Shown here: positions 33,691 to 43,970 of the stretch, piece after piece
Position numbering within the stretch: position 1 is the first letter of the stretch
Layout: each line of letters starts with the position of its first letter
Position numbers and translations under genes: made by a program
Notes under the pieces: generated by a model
The model's database searches: none
What the model was told of the DNA's origin: nothing
Seen by the model: the letters and a program-made list of their open reading frames with translations, nothing else
Source of the DNA: Phoronis australis
Taxonomy: Eukaryota > Animalia > Phoronida
Assembly: GCA_002633005.1 (NCBI GenBank)
Contig: NMRA01000917.1
Coordinates: 1-43,970 of the forward strand
DNA length: 43,970 nucleotides
Direction: 5' to 3'

Positions 33691-34019
33691 CATTAAATTT
33701 TCCTTTCAGAAGAAAGGCTTTATACTATTGGTAAAAACTTTTCAATTTGGTACAGATTATGGGGAAATGACATTCAGTGACTGCATCGATTGTCTTATTG
33801 TATGTTTTCAATTGTAGCTAGCTGGATAAGAATCTGCTATGCACAAGATTCGAGAATAAACAATTATCAGTGTATTTAAAAACAAATGGCAAACTGAAAA
33901 AGCACAGAAAGAAACAACATTGCGAGGGAGTCCATAATCAGGCATATCAGGTGCTGAATTTCTGAATTACGTTCAATTCTCTCAGGTTATTGCTGAAGGA
34001 TTGCTTTTCACTTTGTCCA

Positions 34020-34915
34020 ACGGTGAAATAGATGGTCAGGCGGTTGGTTTCAGTTGTTTTTTCTTGCCTGTAACAGAATAGAAATATTAGCAAATTGTAA
34101 AAGAAAAGACAAGACAAAACTACTTTTGTAAGGCAGAACATACTTGACATTTCATCTTCATGTTTATGTGTAGAAACTAATAACCTTTGTACCCAAGTCT
34201 TATTTAATATCTGAATTAAAATATGTGAAACAGGCTAAAAGTGATTTAACAATGTGTATTTTTCATGACACTTAAAATGTGCTTCTGATCTCAACAAGTA
34301 AAATTCATTCTAGGTGTCAATTTTTTTCCAATGCAATGTTACGACATTTACTGAATTAAGGCTTATTCATGTTAATTCGATAACTGAGCTGGTGGTCCTG
34401 GGGGTGGGGTCCACGATAAAATAAGGAAACTCACTCATCTAGAGAATTTTATTGGAAACAGCATAGTTTTGAAGAGAAACTGCTGTGAAAAAGTCACTCT
34501 TGACTTCTGTGCATCACGTACCATACACCTCTTATTTTGGGAGCACTCCCACCCAGGACAATATGAATATGTGCTGCTAGCCTACCCGGCATCGGGTGAG
34601 TTTCCAAAAAGAAACACTTAGTTCCACTCAATAAAACTGTTATTCAGTGGGGTAACTGGTGGGGATAACATCACCGAACGATGTTGATAGAAACTGATTG
34701 CTAAAAACTTACCAAGTAATGTTGTGTAGTCTCCGAATGGAACTGCATAGTCATAGACATAGAGCACACACGGGGCTTCAGCATCCACACACTTTTTGTC
34801 AGTTAGTTGACCCTGTTGACCGCAATTGTCCACGAATATAGTAACCTTAGGTCTTTTGGGAATTTGTGGCCACCTGTCGAAGACTTGCACCAGGGAAATT
34901 AGCAGTAATAAGGCT
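34020..34915 (-). pseudogene. ISL2EU transposase N-terminal THAP remnant split by an intron (34712-34068)
   Basis: YYC*FPWCKSSTGGHKFPKD...WTIAVNR...W..KPRVCS...GDYTTLLG|gtaag ... cag|KKKQLKPTA*PSI; no DDE core recognised. Confidence 0.72.
34396..34558. mobile_element. Small MITE nested in the THAP intron
   Basis: tcctgggggtgggg..aaaataagg / cttatttt..ctcccacccagga imperfect inverted termini. Confidence 0.4.
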
Positions 34916-35325
34916 TAGCGCGACGACGTATTTTGATAAAAATTCCATCTTTTACCAGTTGTTTACATGCAGACAGCCACGCATGCGCAATTCAATCACC
35001 ACTAGTACAGCAGCGACACCGCGAGGAGAATTCTCCGAATAGCCCCATTGAATGTCAAGTCACAGCTAGCTGGAATTTACAGTTTTGCATTGAAGCCAGT
35101 TAAGGTTATATCAAACCTCTGACCATTTAGTAGCCTCCATTCTATCTCGTATATTAAAAAGCTAAGCTTTGTCAACTAGCAAAAGTATATATTATCTGAA
35201 AGAAAAAAATGTGGGAATATAAAAGTATTTTTTGTATTTATGTACCATTATTATTATTACATAAAAACCTTTTTATATCAAAATTTCAGTAAGGTACATT
35301 CGTAGCAAAATAACATCTTAGTCCA

Positions 35326-35760
35326 TTTTAATGAAACCTTTTTAAAATGAAAATTTCGCCAGTTACCTATAAAACGCTGTTAGAATTTTCGATAAGTCTT
35401 TTCGTTTGGGATTCTATGACAAATCAACACACAAAACGTAAGGTATTTTTTGTAAAAATTAAAAGTCGTATACGTCTTTGTTCCATTACGAAAAAAACTT
35501 GGCCTTTATATAAAAATCCTAACGGTGTTTTTGAGGTTGATGACAAAATATTTCGGTTTGAGAGTTACAGCGAAATCCACCAAGCTGTTTTCGGTATCTC
35601 GTGCTCCTAAGTTCAAATTCGGCGAAAACTTGTTTTCCGTAAACATAACCTATACATGCCTTAACTATGTTAGTTTTTTCAATATTCACTTGCAATGTCA
35701 ACTGAATTTGCAGTGCGTAGTTAACTTTAACTATCATTCAAACGTACCGTTCGCAGCCAG
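35326..35760 (+). repeat. Dispersed repeat; an internally deleted copy lies at ~39459-39550
   Basis: tttaatgaaacctt..t..aaatgaaa and tcatt.aaacgtaccgttc.cagcca occur in the same order at both sites. Confidence 0.5.
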
Positions 35761-38700
35761 GATTTGGGAACAACGTTACTGTTGTTTGTGACCTACTTTG
35801 AAGTAGGTCACAGTTGTTAAAACAGGGCCTGTACACGTCACGTGCCAGGAGACTGATACGAAACCAAGTAAGAGATGGATAACAAAAAATCGAATCTGTG
35901 CATGGTTAAAGCATGTCCTTAGCATGTGATCGAAACATCGAAATGTCGATTTATTAATTGAATTAAAAAAATTGGGTGAGGATTTATCTCTTTTCACAAC
36001 TTGCTGTGTTCATGAACACAGAGGCGTGAGGCGACTGGTAGCATTCGTCTCAACGCCAACGATTGTGTGCATTGTAGACACACAACTCTCTCAGGATCAA
36101 AACTACGTTTTTTCTTTGTTTTCCCCGGCTCCATTCTATCATAAGTACACTCCGTTGACTCAATATTACGGCGACTAGGTGAACGAAACGACTAACGTTG
36201 TACGAAGCTGCTATATGTATCTTGCGGGAGATTCGATTTGAGTGACCACCCTGTAACCTTTGACCTCGGATAAGTAGTAAACAAATATCCACACGGTTGT
36301 GCGATCAAGGTGGTTTGTTTCTGTCAAATCTTTTTTTTCTTACTACGCGGTATATATTTTGTATTTGAAGTTCCCCGACAATGAAAATGAAGTTTGTTGC
36401 TAGACTCATTTGAAATATTGTACAATTGGCCAATTTTTGTGAATAACGTTTGAGATATCCTTAAGCAAAATATTTGTACTTCCTTTATGAATGTGAAAAA
36501 ACTGCATTTGTATATTGTATACGTTTGTTAATCTTCTCCCTCGTAGACCGCATGGACATAGTCATTACTAGCGTTAGTATCTCGTTAACACAATTATTTT
36601 CTCAGGAGATAGATTTGCTTTCTCATACAACGCAATTTCATACTTAAAGAAAATAATATATTGGTAATAATGAAATGGTGTCGAGAAAAGAAATTTATTC
36701 CTCCCCACACCAATAATGAGAATGCCCTTGTCCTGGAGGGAGAGTTTCTATCCGCAAACTTCCTTGGGTTGTTGCTCAATAATACCGTCCCGAAATAACC
36801 AGCACCACTCTCATTCTAAGGAATTTACCCACAATGCAAAAAGGCGTCGTGTACTCGCTCTGTTTATCATATGTGGATGTACTGTTCACTATCGTAGTTA
36901 TTATGTAATCTATATTATTGTAATGCAGGCAAACACCTATTCTGACATTTTGAGTTGCATTGCTATCAAACTGGCAAAAAGGAAGTATCAGTGTTGTAAG
37001 TACTTCATTAGTTTACCAGCTCAGGAATACTATGACATTTGTCACTCTGAGCACACACGTGCCATACATGTATACTGTATTGCCAAATGTAATGAACTGA
37101 ACTGTCAGGCTTATTGATTGATAGTGTTGCATCATGTGCTATACAGATGTCTATTCACTGCAACTAGTTTCTTCATTCTTCTGTATCCCCTTAAAACGGG
37201 TACCCTTTTTGCGCGATGTGGCCCAACGCTAGCCCTGGTGACGTAATATGGCACGAAAAAGACATTTGGCATATCCCTTGAAGTTTTAACGTTTGAGCGA
37301 TTGAATCATGTTTTCTCATGTTAGTAAAATTCTGCTTAGTCTTACAGGCTGGATAGACCAATATATCCAAATAACCAGGGTTTTAAGACCAATCTGAACT
37401 ATAATCTCGTATCATGGAATTTTATAAAGTACGAACTCGGTCTCACTCAGGACCGAAAAACGAAATTTTAAGGCAATTGTTAGTTCGGATGCAATTATTT
37501 AAGGCATTAGCTTTGGCGAGAGATATGCAATATAATTTGCATTTTGTGATTTCATTGCAAAGAGCCAATTCTTGCAGATGGATCTGGTCATTCACTGAAA
37601 CTCAGGAAGGAACCTTCAGTTAAATGCGCTTAAACCATTTGTCTACTTGTCAAATGGTTATGGTTCCAATAGAAAAGCCTCGGTCTGCACACTTTGAAGT
37701 CGTGCTTTGGTTTCCGTCTGAGGTAATGCCCCAAAAGTAAACTTTCTAGCCGATTATATCACCCCAAGTTCAAAATTTACAAAAGCGTATATGACGATCT
37801 TCATAGAAAACTAGGAACACGTACATGCACTGTATCGTTGATCTTTTCAGTACCTGAGATGGAAATTTGATCGTAACTTAGTTAAAATTATGGTCTAGTA
37901 CTGAAGTCTTAAATTTTTATCTATGAGACTGGGGTCAAAGTACGCTTTGCCTCTGAAAACCGCAATTGGTATATCATGTGGATACAAAATTGCTACAAGT
38001 TTTGCGAAGTCTTAAAGAAGCATGGACATGGATTTCACATTGATAATGACTGCGACACCCGCGTTCTGAACATTCATGAAAGCTAAAGCCTATGGCAAAA
38101 CTCGTGCAAACAAAATGGAGAGTTTCTACTCGGGAATGCCCTATACTAGCTTCCCTGCAGTGTACATGTACATATGGATGTAACGTTTACAAACGGACAA
38201 ACTGCGTTTGATGACGTTCTACAACGGAGACGGTCTATGGAAAACTGATAGCCTGAATGTAAAAATGAAATTAACCCTTCTTTTAGGCATTTCAAATAAA
38301 ATCAGATGTCTTATGTCACACCTTCTTTCAAACGAATCGCACTTGTTAGCCAAAAAGTACAAAACAAGAACACGAACCAGCCACATCAATGGAAAATGAA
38401 CTTACCTAGTCCATGGTCTCGATAGATATGCCTTGTGCATTAATTTCTTCTTCACTTGTTATCATTTGTTATTATCAGATGAACTCCACACATACTGTTT
38501 ACCAAGCTCGCACCAAGCCAATTCTTTTGGGTCTCAGACACAAGGTCACAGATAGGGCCTAACCGACGAAGACATTTGTAACTTCGTATTCGTGCAGACG
38601 AGCAGAAGTACTTGAATATCCTGAACCTCCAATGCCATCGCACAAGACCTTTAGGAGTGAGAAAATCAGGCAAAAGTGCGAACATGAAATACCACAGATT

Positions 38701-40572
38701 TTAAAAGTATAGCTAATTTTTACATCTAGGTGGAATGACTGAGAACTGGCAGATTTTTAGTTTTGAAAAATTATCGGTTTCTGTAAAATTGCCAATTTTA
38801 GCAAACTTTAGACAACCGCTACGAAGTAGCACTGAGAGAAAACTACTTAACATTTCCAGTATGAATCTTTCTATCCTAGGTTGGTCAGGATACGTAAAAA
38901 CATTAATGTAAATTTCTTTGCAAGTCCTTCATTTCAGATAGGTTTTAACCTTTAGTTGCTTCTTGTGGAGCCATTGCGTTGAGAATATACATGTAGGCTA
39001 CATCCAAGTGCATATGCACAGAGCGCGCAACATTCCACAGAATAAGTACACGCCACAGTGTTCTTTGGTGTATCAGTTGATGTGAATATTTCCGTGGATC
39101 TTAAATTAAGCAGCCCGAAGCCACCGACTAAACTCAACAACCGTCACCTAATGTCCCTTGGATGGCAGGCGATGCACTAGATGCGAATTTCACAGCAAAA
39201 TAACTAAAATTACTCACTAAACAAGTTTGAAATGGGTAGATAACTTGAAAGCTGCAATGTAACCTTGCGCCGGATGCAAAATCAAATTGTAAGCGTGAAA
39301 TCCACATTTGGAAGCTTTTCTTACCAAAACTAAGTGCCTGCTCTGGTGTTCCATTTAAATACTACGTGAGCTCGACGTGGTGCAGTTGCTCGGCTTCAGA
39401 TTATGAAACGACCAGAACGTAAGAAAATCATTCATAACAAAATAACCCCTCGGTGCAATTTTAATGAAACCTTTGTTAAATGAAATCTTTAACTGATTTT
39501 ATTGTGCTTAACTAACATAATTGTCATTAAAACGTACCGTTCACAGCCAATTCTAACTGATGTTTGTAATTCTGGAGTTTGCATAATTAGTCAGTCCTCC
39601 CGGAGGAAACTTAACTGTTTGTCAGTCGATCATTGCTTATGTATTGCCAGTCGATTTACCATAAATGGTAATTATTTGAGTATGGAATAAAATTCAGTGG
39701 TGTTCGATGCCTGAATTTAGTTCCTGGCGAGTTGTATTGTCAATGTTTTGCGTACCATTGTTTGTTGCATGAACTTTAAAGATCGTGGCACTATAGTTTG
39801 CAACAAGGGGTCTTATTTCGAACTGTACATACCTTTACATGCACCATAGGTACAGTAATATGTACGCTACTACAGTTACATAGATACACCGGAAGTCAAA
39901 ATATAGATGCGCCAGAAGTCTTACGAGGTTCACAATCTCGCCAATACACTGTATGTGACGAACGTGTCGATTGCTGTGATTAGCTGTTGTTTGACCTTCA
40001 CATTGGGACCATTCATTGTCTGAACATGATCGGGTGCTATGCAGTAGGTAATCATACTTGTGATTTAGATTGTGAATCTTACCAGAACTGCGGGTTATTA
40101 CGTGGGTGGGGTGTATACTAGACTAACTAGAGGTACTATTATGTTCTGATAAATCGAAATAAGCTCCCATGTTTTGTGAGACGTTGTACAGTGGAATGGT
40201 CCTATTTCCATATTATCAATAATGTCGAAGCGTTCAGCAACTCAAGAAAACCGATAAGCGTCTACTCTAACTGGTCAGCCATGGTATCAAAAATTCAAAA
40301 AGGGCGCATGTAGGCATTGCCTTTGGTTTGATGTCTCTTTTTCTCGACTATCCGCGGTCCAATGCCTATAAGCTCACCACGGTATTCCACAAATTATTAG
40401 GGCGTCGTTGTTGGGCGGCAAGTACCACCGACCAGTGCTCCCTGTTACCCCGAATTGGCTTCAAATAGTTAGATAAGATTAATTAGCATTATTAAGTCAG
40501 AAAATCTTGCAAACGTCGCAGCGGTTTAATTTCTACAAGCCCCATGTACTTCGTTCTGGGTCAAGCCATAAT

Positions 40573-41565
40573 CAGTGGCGGATCTAGGAAATCACAAGGG
40601 GGGGGGCCAGTATTTTGTCCGGCTGAAAACATTTGCGCAAACTGAACCACAATTGTAGACGCGCATAGCACCGAATGGGGGGAGGGCGGGAGGGGGCAAA
40701 CCCCCCTGCCGCCCGCGAAATTTTTCTGTTTTTACCTCTAAAAATCAAGCATTTTCCTTGATTCCTGAAGTATTATCCAAGAAAAAAAGGAGAATGAGTC
40801 AAACAGGAAAAACTGTAAGTATCAAAGACTTGAACTCACGACCTTCTACATAGTGCGGGCGTACGCTACCACTACACCACCACGATTTACCTACCTTTTT
40901 ATATTAAGAGAACATATTTGTTTTTGGTCCACAGCGTTATTCCTTCTTTTTGTAACGCTTATTACACGTTTTGTGCCATCGATTCTTAACAAATTTGTCG
41001 TATTTAAAATAGTCTTCAAATGCCCGAAAGACCCAATACGTTTTTCGTGTTGACAATAATCAAAGGGATTGCTTTGTAAATCGTCCTAACATAAGGTTTA
41101 ACAAAGAGAGTATTGCAAGTTTCTGAGTGATTCACTAAGGCTTCGATTAAAATTCACATCTTACCAGCAGCTTCTGCTTTTTCATCGTCACTCAGGTTCC
41201 ATTTTCTTTAAAAAATGAAGTAAATTTTCTTCATTGCACAGTGGAGCAGACGACGGAAACAGAGTCGTAGTGCGCAGCGCCACTGCCGGTCGCCTGGGAT
41301 ATAGCGGGAGAGCCTATACTTAGCCATAGTTACGTTACGAATGCGCCGTGTTCCGAATTTGACACTTGAAATTGGATTTGAGCCCCCCCCAACACTAAAA
41401 CTGCGCAAATTTAAATCTTTTTTCATCCGTATAATTTTAATTACCAGGGTTAATTAATAAACTCAACATTTCCCTACACTCTTACTGTTTTATTTTCTTG
41501 CGGCAGCCAAGGGGTGGGGGGGGGCCCGGGCCCCCTGGGCCCCCCCACCCCTAAATCCGCCTATG
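40573..41565. mobile_element. ~1-kb non-autonomous DNA transposon (CAGTGGCGGATCTAGG-type MITE)
   Basis: cagtggcggatctagg ... cctaaatccgcctatg TIRs, G/C-run subterminal hairpins, ATAAT on both flanks. Confidence 0.75.
40823..40884 (-). other. tRNA-like (SINE-head-like) segment with Pol III A and B boxes, not a functional tRNA
   Basis: The minus strand reads GTGGTGTAGTGGTAGCGTACGCCCGCACTATGTAGAAGGTCGTGAGTTCAAGTC: A box TGGTGTAGTGG and B box GAGTTCAAGTC at tRNA spacing; acceptor and anticodon stems do not pair well. Confidence 0.65.
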
Positions 41566-43970
41566 ATAATTAATGCTCAACTGAAGAATCTATTTCACTG
41601 TTTGCTGCATGAAAGAACAGTGCAAGTCACGAATTTTGTCCCACCGGTTGAAAAATAGCCGAATGTTATTTTAGGCGACTAACAGCAGACAGCAAAAACG
41701 ACTGCAGGTTTGGCTTGCCTGAGTGAATGGAAGCTATTGAACATTGATTTCTCTTTAAGTAGCCATCTATTGTCATGCCAATGAAACGTTGCATTCAAAA
41801 TTATTTAAAAAAGTACATGTAGGTCTAGGCATGGGGTGAGGATTTGTTCCTTGTCCGTATTTCCGGCCTAAGAGACAAATGGGTTGAGAACTTGAGAGGC
41901 CCGCCAATAACCCTTGGCAGGCCGTTGCCTTTCGGATGCACCACCAGTCGACGACCAGTGTACAACTCAGTGCTGACCGGTCGACAAAAACTTGAGTACG
42001 TGCTATCAAATTTTATATTTTTTGTCACACCGTCGATCCACCATGGACACTGTGATGTTGTTCGACATGTCAGGGCATCAGTGCGAGGGCACAATGCACT
42101 GCAAGTACGCAATTTACCAACTCTCCGACCAGTTCAGTTGGGGATGGCGTCATTTTCTTGTTTTATGGCCATGGTGTTTTTTGCGCTAAATATATCACTT
42201 GAACCGACAGTGCAACGAGTGATAAATATGTGCCTGCACAAGAAGATACCGGTGCTGGGGAGATGATAAATTACGTTGCCTCTACGCTAATCGGGCGATT
42301 AGGCGGTGGGCCAGAACTCATAACATTCATTCTTGTGAGTGTTTGGGGGGGGGGGGCAACCTAGTTCTTCCTATGTGACTAGACAATACACCTATAAATT
42401 AAATTCCAAAAATATCCCACGTCTACACTTGCGCATATTTTAAAAAGGTGTTTATGTTGCAATAAATATTGTGCACATTCCTAACCAATCAGAGAGCCAG
42501 ACTGTACTACTGAGCTTAGTAACTTCATTATGGCAGCTACCATGGAGTGTGATGCCGGTATAATTTAAGATTTATAAAACAGCACTAAATTGTGATAACC
42601 AGAACTTGAAGAATCTTAGAAAAGCATCCTGACCAAAGCTGATGAACAGTGGGACTTTGTGGATCAGTAGATCAAAAAGAAGAAGAGGTGTCACAAATGT
42701 TTGTGCAGAAAACAGCTGCGTTGCCCAACTGGCTTATAACATGTCCTGCTATACTGCTTTAGAAGACTAAGTGTTAGATTAAAAATTGAAAGGACATAGA
42801 AACGCATAGCAACGTTTCAAAACATCGGCAGTATTACTAAAGCTGAAGCTGCTGAAAGTGATATTGATGTTATCCAAGATTTCCCTAGAAAATCAATTGC
42901 ACTTCCAAAATCTGAAACACCAAATTAACCTGAACAAGATTGGAACATTCTGCCTCATGAATACGTCATTTGTGAGCCGGAAAAATATTTTATCGACCAC
43001 ATTTCAAGAAAGACTAAGAAGTATAAACTTTATAGCTTATTACACTGAGATATTTTGTTCAAAAACACATACGTGTTCAGGTATGCGTTTTTGAAAGTAC
43101 CGGTAAATCAGCTGACTTAATTTCAGTCCTATCAACTAATCTAATTATTAGACGGTCAGCATTTTTAAGCGACAGATCAGATGACATGTAAATTTGTTAG
43201 GCTGGTGGTGAATCAATTTCCCTGATATGTCCGTTTGAAAAACGTACATGCCAACTCATTCGTAGTTAAATGTTAAATCAGTGTTAACAGTTCGCGTTTT
43301 TTCAGTTGGTCTCGTATCACAAGCAACAACTCAATCCGGAGACCTGAATATGCAAATGAAATTCAAAGATAAAGACCTTGTGGCTTAAGAGCATGTTCGC
43401 GAATAGACCAGGCAGAGGGTGATAAATGCTATGTCACAGATTCTCTTTATATTTTGTCTGTGAGATGACACTGGCCCCACTAACTCCAGACCACCTTTAT
43501 TTTTTTCAAAACGCCCCCTTTTGGTTTCCATGGATACTATTTGATTCCGACAAGTTTTGAGCCTGGCGGCAGTTAAGTTTTAGTAAAATTCCGAGAGTTA
43601 CGTTACGCAGTGGAAGTAACGTTGAAATATTGAACCTGTGGTATTGATCAGGTGTGACCATCGACTACTTTATTCATGAAAATTTAAAAGATTTCGATAA
43701 TTTTTGTCTGTTTTTAGAGCCGCATAAGATGAGTACTTTTAGTGATTTTTGAAATTGTCAAAATTGGCTAAATTCGTATCCCGATATCTCAGCTGGCACA
43801 GGTTTCAGAACATTTTAGTGCCAACCAGTGTGTTGAGCTATCTTAGATCTACAAAATAAGACAAAAAAATTTTCTGGCGCGAACGGATTTTATGTCATTT
43901 GAAGTCAAAAATGACTGGTGGTTACGCCATTTCACCACAATGAGTAATGCCGACAAACGTCAACAAAAAG

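Larger units (their letters stand above)
31529..35046. mobile_element. Decayed ISL2EU (PIF/Harbinger-related) DNA transposon, 3518 bp
   Basis: AT|GGGGCTATTCGGA ... TCCGAATAGCCCC|AT termini, a subterminal inverted pair tgtactagtggtgat / atcaccactagtaca, and convergent remnants of a SAP+YqaJ gene (+) and a THAP gene (-). Confidence 0.8.

Noticed and set aside
35100-40500. Short ORFs of 60-133 aa
   Set aside because: AT-rich, with no domain motifs or consistent splice/phase structure; they look like intergenic DNA with TE debris
40823-40884. Functional tRNA gene
   Set aside because: A/B boxes are present but the cloverleaf stems do not pair and it lies inside a MITE
1-43970. CRISPR array, rRNA, operons or other prokaryotic systems
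   Set aside because: No regularly spaced short direct repeats or rRNA-like sequence; the window is intron-rich animal DNA

Overview
This is eukaryotic (metazoan, probably marine invertebrate) genomic DNA with spliceosomal introns, so most entries in the ORF track are exon read-throughs or shadows. Bases 397-29548 hold the 5' part of one minus-strand gene, which I reconstructed by hand as 18 GT-AG exons. A signal-peptide exon (ATG 29548) is followed by four complete tandem ~6-kb units and the start of a fifth. Each unit has MAM exon A (177 nt), MAM exon B (260 nt), MAM exon C (79 nt) and a three-EGF exon E (363 nt). The product is a secreted or cell-surface protein, SP-[MAM-(EGF)3]x4-MAM..., with 293 aa per repeat and about 1248 codons in the window; it runs off the left end. 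Several features are unusual. A fourth EGF repeat has been turned into intron by a donor inside its first Cys codon, and splicing rebuilds that Cys. Modules are phase-symmetric, and the A-B junction recreates a 5' splice site. The units are mosaic, and the introns carry decayed coding-like 'ghost' sequence. Transposons include an internally deleted Kolobok element (TTAA TSD, THAP transposase plus convergent KolX, 5262-6937), a decayed ISL2EU element (AT TSD, THAP plus SAP/YqaJ, 31529-35046) sitting in the middle of an older hairpin, an L1/Tx1-type RT fragment and several MITEs, one of which carries a tRNA-like A/B-box segment. Beyond ~35 kb I could not support any intact gene. All family assignments come from motif recognition by eye; no searches were run.
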